Origin: Candidatus Nomurabacteria bacterium RIFCSPHIGHO2_12_FULL_42_19
GTDB taxonomy: Bacteria > Patescibacteriota > Minisyncoccia > Phycocordibacterales > UBA9973
Reading direction: 5' to 3'
DNA: 64,000 bases
NCBI GenBank assembly: GCA_001786955.1
Contig: MFUM01000001.1
Coordinates: 410 to 64,409, forward strand
Both the position numbers and the translations under genes were made by a program. Positions 63,483 through 64,000 of the stretch are shown one piece after another; position 1 is the stretch's first letter; each line of letters opens with the position of its first letter. The notes under the pieces are model-generated. The model ran no database searches. It was given only the letters and a program-made list of their open reading frames with translations, and had not been told where the DNA came from.

Positions 63483-64000
63483 CACATTCTCCCCTATTTC
63501 TAGGAGTGTAGACTATATCTTCATCCTTTCCCAAATTGGAAGGAGGATGTTGGCGTATTATAAGCATAAGCCTGTCCCGACGGACGTCGGGGCTTTCCAG
63601 CGTTATGCAAATCCACTCTGACCTAATGTCAGAGACAAGTCGTTACGGGGTCAAACCTAAAATTTTACGCAATTCGCTTTTTGTTTTCTTCTTTTTAGTA
63701 ACATAGTTTTCACCTTGAATTACTAAAATTAGGTCAACAAGTTTTGCCAATTGCTTTTTCGTTAGCTTGCTAAACTTCGTGTTAGATAATATCTCACATG
63801 CTTGTAAAAGCGCATGAGCTTGAAGTTTTTTAAATCGAATGTAGAGCAATAAACTTTTAAGAATTTCTCTTATTTGTTTATAGCCATTTATTCGCAGTTC
63901 GGTCATCCCATCATTTCTGTTGGAAATATAACCGATACCTAAAACTTCCTTTATCCAATACAAAGTTTTTGCGTGCCTAGTGTCTTGGTAGAAACAAATG
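63483..64000 (-). mobile_element. Group I intron in 23S rRNA (3' part; continues beyond the window)
   Basis: R element CCGTAACGACT, S element AAGATATAGTC (63521-63511), terminal G at 63483 abutting the exon. Confidence 0.88.
63643..64000 (-). CDS. LAGLIDADG homing endonuclease, C-terminal part
   Basis: ICFYQ...LYWIKEVLGIGYI...ILKSLLLYIRFKKLQA resembles I-CreI-type enzymes; stop overlaps the intron R element; the LAGLIDADG motif itself is outside the window. Confidence 0.8.
   Translation of the reverse strand, partial: ICFYQDTRHAKTLYWIKEVLGIGYISNRNDGMTELRINGYKQIREILKSLLLYIRFKKLQAHALLQACEILSNTKFSKLTKKQLAKLVDLILVIQGENYVTKKKKTKSELRKILGLTP

Noticed and set aside
63385-63621. 78-aa plus-strand ORF
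   Set aside because: Antisense to the 23S exon and intron core.

Overview
A 64-kb AT-rich bacterial chromosome segment. Gene content (short SecD/SecF, LemA-HtpX, SWIB protein, shortened RF2, intron-containing 23S rRNA, little Shine-Dalgarno usage) suggests a Patescibacteria/CPR (Parcubacteria-like) genome using standard code 11; this taxonomy is inference. Most of the window is housekeeping: oxidative pentose phosphate genes, rnj, secG/D/F, guaA, pyrG, ftsEX, prfB, gatCA, folD, rodA, six tRNAs, 5S rRNA and the 23S 3' end. Accessory parts are a defence island (HEPN protein, LexA-HTH-fused MTase, second MTase, putative endonuclease, AbrB), a cobalamin riboswitch ahead of two transcobalamin-like proteins, and a direct-repeat-bounded ~4-kb trehalose-synthase island. 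The most unusual observations are: (1) four consecutive tRNA genes each preceded by copies of their own first ~22 nt in which positions 13-17 are always GTTTT; (2) a LAGLIDADG-bearing group I intron apparently inserted in the sarcin-ricin loop; (3) palindromic REP-like elements in intergenic DNA and in frame inside proteins; (4) several promoter-plus-structured-RNA units with no recognisable family; (5) a widespread leaderless gene architecture. All calls come from reading the sequence; no searches were run.
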